From: a virus
Reading direction: 5' to 3' (one strand)
Virus record (IMG/VR): IMGVR_UViG_3300037297_000065
Location: 1-61,289 of that record
DNA: 61,289 bases
Each line of letters starts with the position of its first letter. The stretch's first letter is position 1. A program made the position numbers and the translations under genes. Shown here piece after piece: positions 1-8,977 of the stretch. The notes beneath the pieces are model-generated. The model was not told the origin of the DNA. It ran no database searches and saw only the letters and a program-made list of their open reading frames with translations.

Positions 1-127
1 GGACATAACGTTTCGGCAATTACCGCCGGTAATTTATGACGTAGATTCAATCTATGTTGGCTGGGTAGATGGTACGATTGGCAACACATTAGAAATTGCG
101 TTTAGTGCTGGCGCTTTTGCCGCGACC
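1..127. repeat. Terminal overlap identical to 61163..61289 (contig closes into a circle)
   Basis: Direct comparison: nt 1-127 = nt 61163-61289 (127/127); unique length 61,162 bp. Confidence 0.95.
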
Positions 128-3058
128 GATGGCGCAGCAATTTCGACTTATGCATGGTCGTCACCAGACGGGAGTGTTGTTGCTGGAAGTACGGCAACGG
201 CAGCGGTAACTTATCGTTTCCCGGTCGGCTTTCGGCATGTACAGCTTATTGTGACCGATAGCGGCGCGAGAACAACGACGCGACAAATTCCCGTGTTGGC
301 GCACGGATCAGGTTTTTTGCCAGAAGATAGCTACGGCGGCGCGACTATAAATGGTTCTGCTGAAAACGGGTGGTCGGCAACGATAGAAGCTTTTGACGAC
401 GTTGAAAGCCGCCTGGACCTTGAGCAATGCGTTATCTGGTCAGTGGAGCATTTTTCAAATGGCGAGATGCCATCCGAGAGCGATGAAGGCCCGCTCATTG
501 GCAATGTTGAATTTCACGGCAGATTACGCACTGAATCCGATGCGGCGCGTGAAGATGAAAACTATATCATCAATGCAACCACGGCTTATGAGATTGAAAG
601 TGTTTCCCAACAGTTGCAACGCCTGCACTCCCCCATTCTTACGACTATCAATGATACATCGCCGACGGCGTGGGACGAAATCGACACAATGACGCCCTGG
701 CGTTCGGTGGTATACGTCCTTGCCGAATACAGTACATTTCTAACTTCGCATTCATTGAATTTTGATGATAAGACCGATACTTATATTGAGCGCGAGCTTA
801 CGGTTGCCGAACAAGACCTTTGGAGCGCCGTCAATTATATTATGAGCGGCGTAAATGCGCGCATGGAATTAGATTGTCGTGGTAAGTCTTTTGTATCGCG
901 GTCTGCAAATTATCTCACGTCCGCCGAACGTAATGCACTTACGGTTGTGTTGAGCGACGGCTCTAATAAAGACTGGATTAATATCGGGATTGGCGTCGAT
1001 AGCGCGCAATCAACCGGGATTGTCAATGGGAGCGGCGGCGCTTTCAACACGGCAACAGAAGAAGTTACGCCGCTTTTGTCCATTGCACCGGGGAGCGCAC
1101 AGGAAGCCGCGCCGGGGATCGGCAATTTACCGGGACAAATTCTGGAGGCGGATATTTCTGATGAAAATGCACAAGCCGAAATAAATCAACGTACCGGCGA
1201 CCATTTTGCAGCCGTCAATCCCGCCGACGGATTGACGCTTGATTGTAATGGCGGGTATTGGATTTTGCAGCCCTCGCATTCTGAATGGTTTAAATTCACA
1301 GTTGCCTCTGATGATACGCTGGGGCGCAATACCTATACAACTTCTGACAGATGGACACTTACAGAAATTAGCCATACATTTAGCAATGAAACGAATATCC
1401 GGACGGTACAGCTTCGATTTCGTCTTGAGACTCAAGGCGTTGCCGGGCAGACACAGCCTATTATTCCTGCGTTTGGCGTTGATTATTATTTGCCCGAATT
1501 GCCGCCGTTTTCGCCGCTTCCCGAACTCGCACTAGAACCGTGGTGGCAAGGAAACAACAGTATTGGGTATGTGCCACCATTTTATCAAAAGCCCCCGTCG
1601 AAGCCGGACTTATTCGTGGGACCGCCATCGAACGGTAATACAATTGTTTGTTGGGACCGTAAGAGTACATCGACGAACGAAAGCGATTTATTCCTATCGA
1701 TAAATCTCTTGGGTACTAATCTCTCATTCCGACAGATTTCGCCAACAAGCGCAGAAATCAAGGACTTTAAATTTAAAAGCCCTAAAAACTCACTAGAGGC
1801 GTATTGTTTAACGTGGGATGGGATTAATTCGAAATTTTGGTATACTGAAAATTTCACTGGCAACCCGGTTGATTGGACTGAAAACGCCATAGACACAAAC
1901 GAGTGGTCGCGTATCGTCCTGACAGATGAAGGCGTGTACATTATTCGGTCTGAAATTCCGACCGGGATAGCAATAAATGAATCATTATCCATCCCCGGTA
2001 CGAGCGACATCGGCGATCAATTAGCGCTATATACGTCGCCGCACGTGACCTATACATTGGATTTTTCGAATACCATTACGTGGGAGGCTAATGGTAGGCA
2101 GGATGCGTTTTATCGCTCAGACGATAATTGGGCGACTCAAAACGCCTTCAGGTGGAATGTGGGAGAATTTGGAGGCTTTTGGTCAAGCAACGCACCGTTA
2201 GATTTCGAGTTCCCTCCTTATAACGCGACGCATACCTATAGTATTGAAATTGATGGTAATAACGAGCGCTGGAAGTGGACGTTTGAAGATACCGTTTACG
2301 GAGATAACTCCGGGTCAATTGATGTTGACATAAACGGCGATGCCAGCGGTACCGGGTCGGCGTATAGCCGGTACAGCAGTGATGACGGGGTGAGTTGGGC
2401 AGCGGCGGTTGCTATCGGGACCGCGCCGGGCGTGGGGTCGGCGTGTGGTTTTGACACCATAAAAATCGGCGATAGCGCCATTGGCGGCGGTAACAACAAG
2501 GCGCGTATCACGACAACCGAAGGTGGCGCATATGCCGATGAAACAAATACGCCGGCGTCAGTATTCAGCCAGGGTATTATGGTTGCGATTCCGTTCTGGC
2601 AAATCCCCGGCGCGGCTACAAAGAATATCAATGATAACACGCCGCATTATTATATTGCGTCGCGCTGTGTCACGGCTAACGGAGACGCACTATGGAAAAT
2701 TGCCGACGCTGCTGCCGTTGCCATTAGTCCCGATGCTGATGCCACCGCGTACACCGCTAACGGTATCGCGGTGTCACAATTGAGTTCATCGATTATTGCC
2801 GTTATTATGACCATTGCTATCACGCCGCACCTATACACCTCAATCGATGCGGGCGCGACTTGGGATGACCGGGGCGAAATCGGCTTAAATGCTGTGAGTG
2901 TTCGAATGCGGCAGGGTGATTTACTTGGCCTACAACTATTTGGCGCAGGCGGCACGAACGATCTTTGGTATTCGTCGAATTTCGGCGTGTCGATACGTGG
3001 CATGAACGGCCCAAACCACGGTGACCGTGCTATGCGTGGAATCGAGGTATGGGGATGA
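2..3058 (+). CDS. Tail fibre/receptor-binding protein, distal ~1018 codons of the junction-spanning ORF that starts at 60762
   Basis: Frame open from nt 2, in phase with 60762.. across the overlap; PKD-like stretch VTYRFPVGFRHVQLIVTDSG; Asp-box/BNR motifs SSDDGVSW, SIDAGATW; follows tape measure. Confidence 0.7.
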   Translation, partial: DITFRQLPPVIYDVDSIYVGWVDGTIGNTLEIAFSAGAFAATDGAAISTYAWSSPDGSVVAGSTATAAVTYRFPVGFRHVQLIVTDSGARTTTRQIPVLAHGSGFLPEDSYGGATINGSAENGWSATIEAFDDVESRLDLEQCVIWSVEHFSNGEMPSESDEGPLIGNVEFHGRLRTESDAAREDENYIINATTAYEIESVSQQLQRLHSPILTTINDTSPTAWDEIDTMTPWRSVVYVLAEYSTFLTSHSLNFDDKTDTYIERELTVAEQDLWSAVNYIMSGVNARMELDCRGKSFVSRSANYLTSAERNALTVVLSDGSNKDWINIGIGVDSAQSTGIVNGSGGAFNTATEEVTPLLSIAPGSAQEAAPGIGNLPGQILEADISDENAQAEINQRTGDHFAAVNPADGLTLDCNGGYWILQPSHSEWFKFTVASDDTLGRNTYTTSDRWTLTEISHTFSNETNIRTVQLRFRLETQGVAGQTQPIIPAFGVDYYLPELPPFSPLPELALEPWWQGNNSIGYVPPFYQKPPSKPDLFVGPPSNGNTIVCWDRKSTSTNESDLFLSINLLGTNLSFRQISPTSAEIKDFKFKSPKNSLEAYCLTWDGINSKFWYTENFTGNPVDWTENAIDTNEWSRIVLTDEGVYIIRSEIPTGIAINESLSIPGTSDIGDQLALYTSPHVTYTLDFSNTITWEANGRQDAFYRSDDNWATQNAFRWNVGEFGGFWSSNAPLDFEFPPYNATHTYSIEIDGNNERWKWTFEDTVYGDNSGSIDVDINGDASGTGSAYSRYSSDDGVSWAAAVAIGTAPGVGSACGFDTIKIGDSAIGGGNNKARITTTEGGAYADETNTPASVFSQGIMVAIPFWQIPGAATKNINDNTPHYYIASRCVTANGDALWKIADAAAVAISPDADATAYTANGIAVSQLSSSIIAVIMTIAITPHLYTSIDAGATWDDRGEIGLNAVSVRMRQGDLLGLQLFGAGGTNDLWYSSNFGVSIRGMNGPNHGDRAMRGIEVWG

Positions 3059-5238
3059 CCACGATAGAGCGCATCGCGGCGAAGTATCGCAAACAGAACA
3101 ACCTGGATTTTATTCAGGGAGTTTTGGGAACCGAAGACGGACGTGTATTAGTTGATGAAGCGGTAAGCAATCAGCTTGTGTATGTCCGGTTCAGGCAGGC
3201 CGGTGGATATACGTCGCCTTCTCGTCATTATGCACGCGGTAACATTCCATTGTCTTACGCCGGCGTGCCGGTTATCCTGCAACGAAACGAAAATAATCAA
3301 CTTGAGGTCGTCGGCGTCTACCGCGAAGGCGGCGTGGTAGCGGGGTTCGGCGACGGGTTAGGCAACACCTCGACGGCGGAGAATATGTGGACCGACGCCG
3401 GAAAATGGCCATATCTTTACTGTACCGCCATGACCGGCGGCGACGGCACGCAAGCCACGGCGAGCACTACTGAGGTCGGCGTTTCAGAGTGGAATTATAT
3501 CGATGCCAACGGGAATTATACTTTATTCCCCGGGGGGTTGATTGATTTATCCGGTGACATTCCCGACGCAGGGGAGTGGCTAGTGGCATTAGTTTATCTC
3601 AATCAGGATAATGAATTAGCGTCCAGCATATCCACCGCACAGGATGAAAATATCGACCCGCTCGATTTCACCGACCGGCAAGAGGCACTTGATAATGCCA
3701 TTGACTTATTCGTGCCAATTCGATTTTGGGTGCTGCGCGGTGGCGCAACGACAATTACGAACAAAGATCGTCTCGAAGACGCGCGTATATGGATCAACGA
3801 CCGGGTTGGCCTTGGCAGCAACGTGCGGCTTTTGGATGGTATTACAAAAACCGTCAAAGCGGCAGGCGGCGACTACACGACCATCCAAGACGCCTACGAT
3901 TATTTCGCCGGTGGCAAACTTGTAACTGACTGCACGATTGAAGTGGACGCCGGAACTTACACCGAGGCGCTGTTGCTTGACGATCTGCTCGTAGCTTCGC
4001 CAGATCAATTAGAAATTATTGGTGATACGCGCGCCCTAACCGGATTTGGGTATGTCAACAACGTGCATCCTGGCTCAGCGGTGTGGGCTGCAACCACTGC
4101 GTATAGCGGAACTGACCCGCGTTCAATCGTCGTACCAACCGTAGCGAACGGCTTAGAATACATGGCGACGGTTGGCGGCACATCGGGTGGCGCTGAGCCG
4201 ACATGGCCGACCTCAATAGGCGGGACTGTCGTCGATGGGACGGTTACGTGGACAGCAATAGGCATCCCGAACAATCGGCAAGGCCTGACGAATGGCGGAT
4301 CAACAAACGGAGGCTGTCAACTCCTTGTCTCTGGCGTAACGCTCACGGTTTTGGTGTCAGGCGGAAACCCGAATTTTGCCGCAGATAGTTGGGTAGCGGG
4401 TGACACCGTGATCTGTTGGGACGGTACGAATGTAAGCAAAGTCACACTCACGGCGGCAGGGGGGAGCACGCTAACCGCAGCCTCATGGCCTGCCGGCTTA
4501 ACCAATTTCGGTGCTGCCATTGTGTTGAAGCCCGACCGAATTATTCAAACAACCACATCGGATTTTGTAATAACTGCGACGAGTGGCGGTGTTAAGCTGA
4601 CAGGGTTTCACATCGAAACATTAAGCGCATCGGTTACAATATACGTTAACGGAGGACAGCTAAATATTGCGTCATGCTCTATACGTAATGATACCTTCAT
4701 AGCCGCGCTTGCATTGGCAGGCGGCTCGGCCAATGTAGATGGCACATCTCATATATGCGAAAATGGCGCACACTCTGCCGGCGCAACGGCAAACGGCTCA
4801 ATGAACGCCGATTTTGTAACTAGTATTGATGGCGCAGTATATTCGCTGTTTAGCTATGTCCGTTCACGTTCCAGCGTCGTTACCGCAACATCAGCGTCGC
4901 GCTCGTGTTTTTTCGGCGACGATGCAGGCAGAATAAACGCATCCGGGTCATATGCCATAAATGGGCTGTATGGCTTTCGTGCGCGCGGTAACGGCACGGT
5001 TCTTGGAACCAGCAGTTTCGCGCTTGATTGCACAACGGGCGTACACGTAACTGATAATGGTGTGATCCGGTGTTTTAGATTATCCACGCGCAATAGTACA
5101 ACTGGCTTTCTTGCTGATGTTTCGGCCTCCATTTCCGCCGTGCAGACAAGTAGTCGCGCGGATAACAACACAGCGAACTACAGCCCGGCTACATCGAACG
5201 TTCCGAATACCGCATTGGGGATAATCACATGGAGTTAA
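3049..5238 (+). CDS. Tailspike-like protein, probable right-handed beta-helix (pectin-lyase fold)
   Basis: 729 aa; GDYTTIQDAYDYF motif typical of pectinesterase/beta-helix proteins; Gly/Thr/Ser-rich repeats; overlaps previous tail gene stop. Confidence 0.55.
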   Translation: MGMTTIERIAAKYRKQNNLDFIQGVLGTEDGRVLVDEAVSNQLVYVRFRQAGGYTSPSRHYARGNIPLSYAGVPVILQRNENNQLEVVGVYREGGVVAGFGDGLGNTSTAENMWTDAGKWPYLYCTAMTGGDGTQATASTTEVGVSEWNYIDANGNYTLFPGGLIDLSGDIPDAGEWLVALVYLNQDNELASSISTAQDENIDPLDFTDRQEALDNAIDLFVPIRFWVLRGGATTITNKDRLEDARIWINDRVGLGSNVRLLDGITKTVKAAGGDYTTIQDAYDYFAGGKLVTDCTIEVDAGTYTEALLLDDLLVASPDQLEIIGDTRALTGFGYVNNVHPGSAVWAATTAYSGTDPRSIVVPTVANGLEYMATVGGTSGGAEPTWPTSIGGTVVDGTVTWTAIGIPNNRQGLTNGGSTNGGCQLLVSGVTLTVLVSGGNPNFAADSWVAGDTVICWDGTNVSKVTLTAAGGSTLTAASWPAGLTNFGAAIVLKPDRIIQTTTSDFVITATSGGVKLTGFHIETLSASVTIYVNGGQLNIASCSIRNDTFIAALALAGGSANVDGTSHICENGAHSAGATANGSMNADFVTSIDGAVYSLFSYVRSRSSVVTATSASRSCFFGDDAGRINASGSYAINGLYGFRARGNGTVLGTSSFALDCTTGVHVTDNGVIRCFRLSTRNSTTGFLADVSASISAVQTSSRADNNTANYSPATSNVPNTALGIITWS

Positions 5239-5624
5239 TCTACATCGTAGTCAATCGCGCAACACAGCACGTATTTGCGAATGAAACCATAGAGCCGCCA
5301 GCGGGCGCGTATCGGGATGATGCTTATGAGGTCAAACCGTACAAAGGTAGACCCCCAACGCTCGAACAGCGTGACGATGATGGCAATGTCATCATTGAAG
5401 CTGATCTTGACCCGACGCTTGATCTGTCAGTTGAAGAACTTCGCAGCCTTGAGTATGAGGCGCGCGGGCTGACGCCGGAACTGTCTATGGAGTTGCTACT
5501 CGATGATATTGTTGCCGATTTAAACGGCCTGCTATCACAAGAGACGAAGGATAAAATAAAGGCACTCAACGACGAACGCCAGAAGATAAAAGATAAGTAC
5601 CCGAAGTTGGTAGCGCCAAAATGA
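5229..5624 (+). CDS. Hypothetical acidic protein
   Basis: 131-aa ORF, start overlaps tailspike stop, stop overlaps next start (ATGA). Confidence 0.5.
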   Translation: MELIYIVVNRATQHVFANETIEPPAGAYRDDAYEVKPYKGRPPTLEQRDDDGNVIIEADLDPTLDLSVEELRSLEYEARGLTPELSMELLLDDIVADLNGLLSQETKDKIKALNDERQKIKDKYPKLVAPK

Positions 5625-6229
5625 CCGACACCCTCGCCGCCGAATTTATAGAGCTTGTTTCGCGCCATCTTACGACTGAAGGGCAGCGACGTACAATTAT
5701 GCAGGCGTGTTGCCCTTCAGTTGCGCGCCAGTTAAAATTTAGCGGTTCGCCATCTGAATTCGCCGGCGCGCTTTGGGAGCGGCTGAGCGCCTACGGGGAG
5801 ATGGTTCCGGGTAGGCCGGCGACGGTTGCGCTTTTGGAGCAATTAAAAGAAAATGTAGGCGTGGATCAACGCCGACAAATCGATAATCTGGCTTATGCAA
5901 TTCAATTTGAACACATGCGAAACAATCCTAACGCGCCGCCTCCGCCAACCGACGATATTCACCAACAATACCAGAATACTGCGCTTTTTGGCCTTCGCGC
6001 CGATGTGTCTGAATTAATGCCGGTTGTAAAAACAGTTGAACGCATTGAGAATGATGTAAAACATCACGGAGTTGTACTGTTCGGAAATGGCGATTCGCGG
6101 ATGGGGCTTGTGTCGCTTGTTAGAGATTTACGTAAGTTTGCGCCGGTTATTATACTTTTATTTATGATTTATGGTATAAGTATTGTGATGCTATTTTTGC
6201 TTTTCCTGGGAGTCTATCATGGCGCTTGA
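5621..6229 (+). CDS. Membrane-anchored protein (helical N-domain, C-terminal TM helix)
   Basis: 202 aa; C-terminal FAPVIILLFMIYGISIVMLFLLFLGVY hydrophobic helix; position after tail genes. Confidence 0.5.
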   Translation: MTDTLAAEFIELVSRHLTTEGQRRTIMQACCPSVARQLKFSGSPSEFAGALWERLSAYGEMVPGRPATVALLEQLKENVGVDQRRQIDNLAYAIQFEHMRNNPNAPPPPTDDIHQQYQNTALFGLRADVSELMPVVKTVERIENDVKHHGVVLFGNGDSRMGLVSLVRDLRKFAPVIILLFMIYGISIVMLFLLFLGVYHGA

Positions 6230-6323
6230 GTTGTTTTTCTTAGGCGTGATTATTCTTACAATCGCTTTTGCGCTTGTGGCATACCTGTCATGGCGCGCAT
6301 TTAGACAAAATGGAGATGATTAA
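6219..6323 (+). CDS. Small single-pass membrane peptide (34 aa)
   Basis: ATG overlaps previous stop; MALELFFLGVIILTIAFALVAYLSW..; TAA abuts next ATG; below ORF-track cutoff. Confidence 0.35.
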   Translation: MALELFFLGVIILTIAFALVAYLSWRAFRQNGDD

Positions 6324-6764
6324 ATGAAAAACTTAATTGTGTTTATGTTCGTTCTCGCGCTACTGGTGCTACCCAGCGCCGTGCGCGCCGATGAAGACGC
6401 GCCGATGATCGAAGGCGTTCTTTTGCCCGACTGGGCAAGTTTGCTTGCATTCGGCACGCTCAGTCTCTCGCTGCTGGTAACAGCGGCTACCGAGGTAACT
6501 AAGCGTGTCTTGACCCTTATCGGTTTGTATAAGGACGGTTTGGGCCGCTGGATTGTCGGCGTGTGGGCCTTTGGCTTCGTGGGACTGGCGCTTGCGTCTA
6601 ATCTGCTCGACGCCGGCGCGGTTGTGGACGCGCGGGTTGAATGGCTCTACCAGTTGATGCTATTGATGCTGACGCTCCTGGGCGCGCCGACCGCGTATTC
6701 GTGGGCGAAGGCGACCGGACTGGTTCGATCCGTATCGGACGATTCGGGCGACGTGTTGGAATAG
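6324..6764 (+). CDS. Holin-like polytopic membrane protein
   Basis: 146 aa, N-terminal signal/TM plus about 3 TM helices; end of late operon. Confidence 0.45.
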   Translation: MKNLIVFMFVLALLVLPSAVRADEDAPMIEGVLLPDWASLLAFGTLSLSLLVTAATEVTKRVLTLIGLYKDGLGRWIVGVWAFGFVGLALASNLLDAGAVVDARVEWLYQLMLLMLTLLGAPTAYSWAKATGLVRSVSDDSGDVLE

Positions 6765-7244
6765 TTGTCTGTTGGTATGAAGCGTGATACAATCCATTAT
6801 CAGATGCGAATAGCTAGCATCAATACCAACGGCAGCGCGGACAGTGACGCGCCTGGAAGCCACCACGAAGAGGAGCGACGCATTAATTACGGTTGATGCG
6901 TGTGTTGATAATTTGGGAGTGGACAGCACGGACGAAGAAAATAAGCCGAGCGGGTGCAATTCCCGCCCGTTGGTATGTTGAGTGATGCGAAAAAGCCCGT
7001 GACTGGTGAAGGCAAGCCGGGGACCTGGATCGGCGTTAGTAGGAAGTAACGCCCAAAAGAGCCTTAACTTTGGGTTTTGCGGAGTTCCCGCCTCAAAAAC
7101 TCCGGCCTTTAAAAACCGCCCGCGCGTGAGCATCTGGCTCTAGGCCATGCGCGCGGGCAATACTACGGAACTAATCGCCGTCGCCCTAGCTAATCACGTG
7201 AGCGGCGTAGTTCAAAAAGCGCCGGTGCGCACCGGCGCTCACAA

Positions 7245-7316
7245 TGCGGGATAGAGCAGAGCCAGCTCGTGAGGTTCATATCCTCAAGGTCGCAGGTTCA
7301 AATCCTGCTCCCGCAC
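7245..7316 (+). tRNA. tRNA-Met (anticodon CAT; could be Ile2 if lysidinylated)
   Basis: Hand-folded cloverleaf: acceptor TGCGGGA/TCCCGCA, D stem GAGC/GCTC, anticodon stem TGAGG/CCTCA with loop TTCATAT, T arm GCAGG-TTCAAAT-CCTGC; D-loop lacks GG. Confidence 0.85.
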
Positions 7317-7422
7317 TTATCGCGCAGCGGGATACCGCCGAAGCCGATGATGGAACGGCAATGGAGATACAGGCGGCCTAATGACTCCCGTCCATCTAAG
7401 GCGCGAGCATTGCGCAAGCAAG

Positions 7423-7452
7423 AAAAAATCCCGACGACGGTCGGGATTTTTT
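7423..7452. terminator. Bidirectional rho-independent terminator between convergent blocks
   Basis: A6-ATCCCGAC-GACG-GTCGGGAT-T6; lies between tRNA-Met (+) and stop of 7454..7741 (-). Confidence 0.75.
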
Positions 7453-7453
7453 A

Positions 7454-7741
7454 TTATTTAGAAGCTACACTCTCGCTCAACGAGGCTTCTAAATTTTTCG
7501 CGATCTCTTCCATATACTCTCTTGCAACAACTTCGTATTTTGCCGGAACACTAATCGTAAATGTCGCCGTTCCGTCTTGGTCAAATCTCATCGCCATTGG
7601 TTCGTGTCCGCGCTGGCGTTCATGTAGAAGCCACAAGAAAAACTCCGCGCGCGTTTGCGTCTGACTAAGTCGCGGCTCCATGCCGCTTAATTTCGAGTCT
7701 TGCGAGAGCGCAGGCTCGCGCCCGGTTAGTTTGTCGTTCAT
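7454..7741 (-). CDS. Hypothetical protein
   Basis: 95-aa ORF, last gene of leftward block. Confidence 0.5.
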   Translation of the reverse strand: MNDKLTGREPALSQDSKLSGMEPRLSQTQTRAEFFLWLLHERQRGHEPMAMRFDQDGTATFTISVPAKYEVVAREYMEEIAKNLEASLSESVASK

Positions 7742-7867
7742 TTTTTCACCTCAGATAGATCAAACAAGCGCTTGAGCGCTTCGCCGCCGCGTGTTTTTTC
7801 TTCATCATACCCACTGCCAAGTAGCGGGAAACTTATACCCGCGCCACCCATTCGAACAATCGGGACT

Positions 7868-8224
7868 TTAATCTATTTCAATTTCCCCAAAACTCATATA
7901 ATCAATATAATATCTACCATTCTGCATATCAGTGCGCAATGTTACAAATTTGCCCGACAATGATTTGTCTTCCGTAATCGGAACCTTTAACCATAAACTT
8001 GTTTGTGGCGCGCACGGCAGTGTTTCATCTGTGATGATATGAATATGCCATTTTTGAGTGTCGGGTACATCAACCCATCCCGTGACTGATATCGCGTTAC
8101 GAGACTCGTTATCAGGTGAATCAAAGCCGATACTGTTTATCTCAAATTTTGCATTCCATACTTGAAAACGGAGAGGGTTCATTTTGGGATGATAATTCAT
8201 TGAAAAGTAATTAGGTGCAATCAT
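7868..8224 (-). CDS. Hypothetical protein
   Basis: 118-aa ORF, co-directional with neighbours. Confidence 0.5.
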   Translation of the reverse strand: MIAPNYFSMNYHPKMNPLRFQVWNAKFEINSIGFDSPDNESRNAISVTGWVDVPDTQKWHIHIITDETLPCAPQTSLWLKVPITEDKSLSGKFVTLRTDMQNGRYYIDYMSFGEIEID

Positions 8225-8277
8225 TCTAGTTCTTCCTTTACGGTTTCGCTAGCGCTTCTTTTACTACACGCTGAATT

Positions 8278-8520
8278 TCATTCCTCGCCTTCCTTTTGCA
8301 CATAAATCTTCAGGCGGGGTTTAATGCCAAGCTCACTGACATTAAGTACGGCATCAATACCCAGCCATTTACCGTTCATTTTGATGCCAAGCATGTAGCC
8401 GCCGTCATGTGTATTCAATATGATTGACGCTTCGCCGGGGCCGGGATCGAATGGCACGATTTCGACACCGAGAAAATCGGCGATAGCGCGTATTGTTTCG
8501 TTATGTTTTTTCGCGGTCAT
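8278..8520 (-). CDS. Hypothetical protein
   Basis: 80-aa ORF; start overlaps upstream stop (ATGA). Confidence 0.5.
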   Translation of the reverse strand: MTAKKHNETIRAIADFLGVEIVPFDPGPGEASIILNTHDGGYMLGIKMNGKWLGIDAVLNVSELGIKPRLKIYVQKEGEE

Positions 8521-8705
8521 TCCTTACCTCGTAACTTCTTCTTGTCTAGCCAAAACACAAAAATCATCAACCAACGCAAAGTAATCGGCAATAGTATCAC
8601 GCTATACCCGGCCACAAGAATACTGTCCGCTCCTATATAGACCAGCAGGGGCAAAATCAGAATACTTGCCAAGTCTGTGCTTGCAAAAATTGTTGTTTTG
8701 CTCAT
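8517..8705 (-). CDS. Small membrane protein (2 TM)
   Basis: 62 aa, hydrophobic; C-terminus KKLRGKE; ATGA overlaps on both sides. Confidence 0.5.
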   Translation of the reverse strand: MSKTTIFASTDLASILILPLLVYIGADSILVAGYSVILLPITLRWLMIFVFWLDKKKLRGKE

Positions 8706-8977
8706 TCCTTACCTCGTAGTTTCTTCGCCATTTTGTAAAGTCGTTCATCGAGTGCGCCTCCGGTGGTGGCGACCAGCGGCAGAACGCGATCTCCGCGTGA
8801 CCACCAGACGCCGGTTTGTATCCACTGGCGCTGGACTATCACGCGCCAGATCATCGACGCGCTGACATTCTTGGATCGAATCACCCGCAGCCATAACATG
8901 CCGGCGGTACGGGTAAACGGCCCCTGTGCGGCAAATTGTAGACGGGCAAGCGCTTCGAGTTCAGATGGCGCAGGCAT
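8702..8977 (-). CDS. Hypothetical protein
   Basis: 91 aa; C-terminus KKLRGKE repeats that of next gene; start overlaps integrase stop. Confidence 0.45.
   Translation of the reverse strand: MPAPSELEALARLQFAAQGPFTRTAGMLWLRVIRSKNVSASMIWRVIVQRQWIQTGVWWSRGDRVLPLVATTGGALDERLYKMAKKLRGKE

Noticed and set aside
251-5238. Numerous 60-140-aa ORFs nested in or antisense to the two large tail genes (for example 393..692, 1585..2010, 4854..5171)
   Set aside because: All lie fully inside long, motif-supported ORFs and lack SD sequences. This is typical chance frames in about 55% GC DNA.
6660-7133. 157-aa minus-strand ORF across the hairpin-rich region
   Set aside because: It overlaps the well-supported holin-like gene on the other strand. 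It has no SD and runs against the convergent terminator layout, so it is probably a chance open frame in GC-rich structured DNA.
6826-7316. tmRNA (standard or permuted) spanning the tRNA-like element and downstream hairpins
   Set aside because: No tag reading frame ends in a hydrophobic tail plus stop. The T-loop is TGCAATT rather than TTCNANT, and no CCA or matching 5' acceptor strand lies downstream. The tRNA-Met at the 3' side folds as a complete independent cloverleaf.
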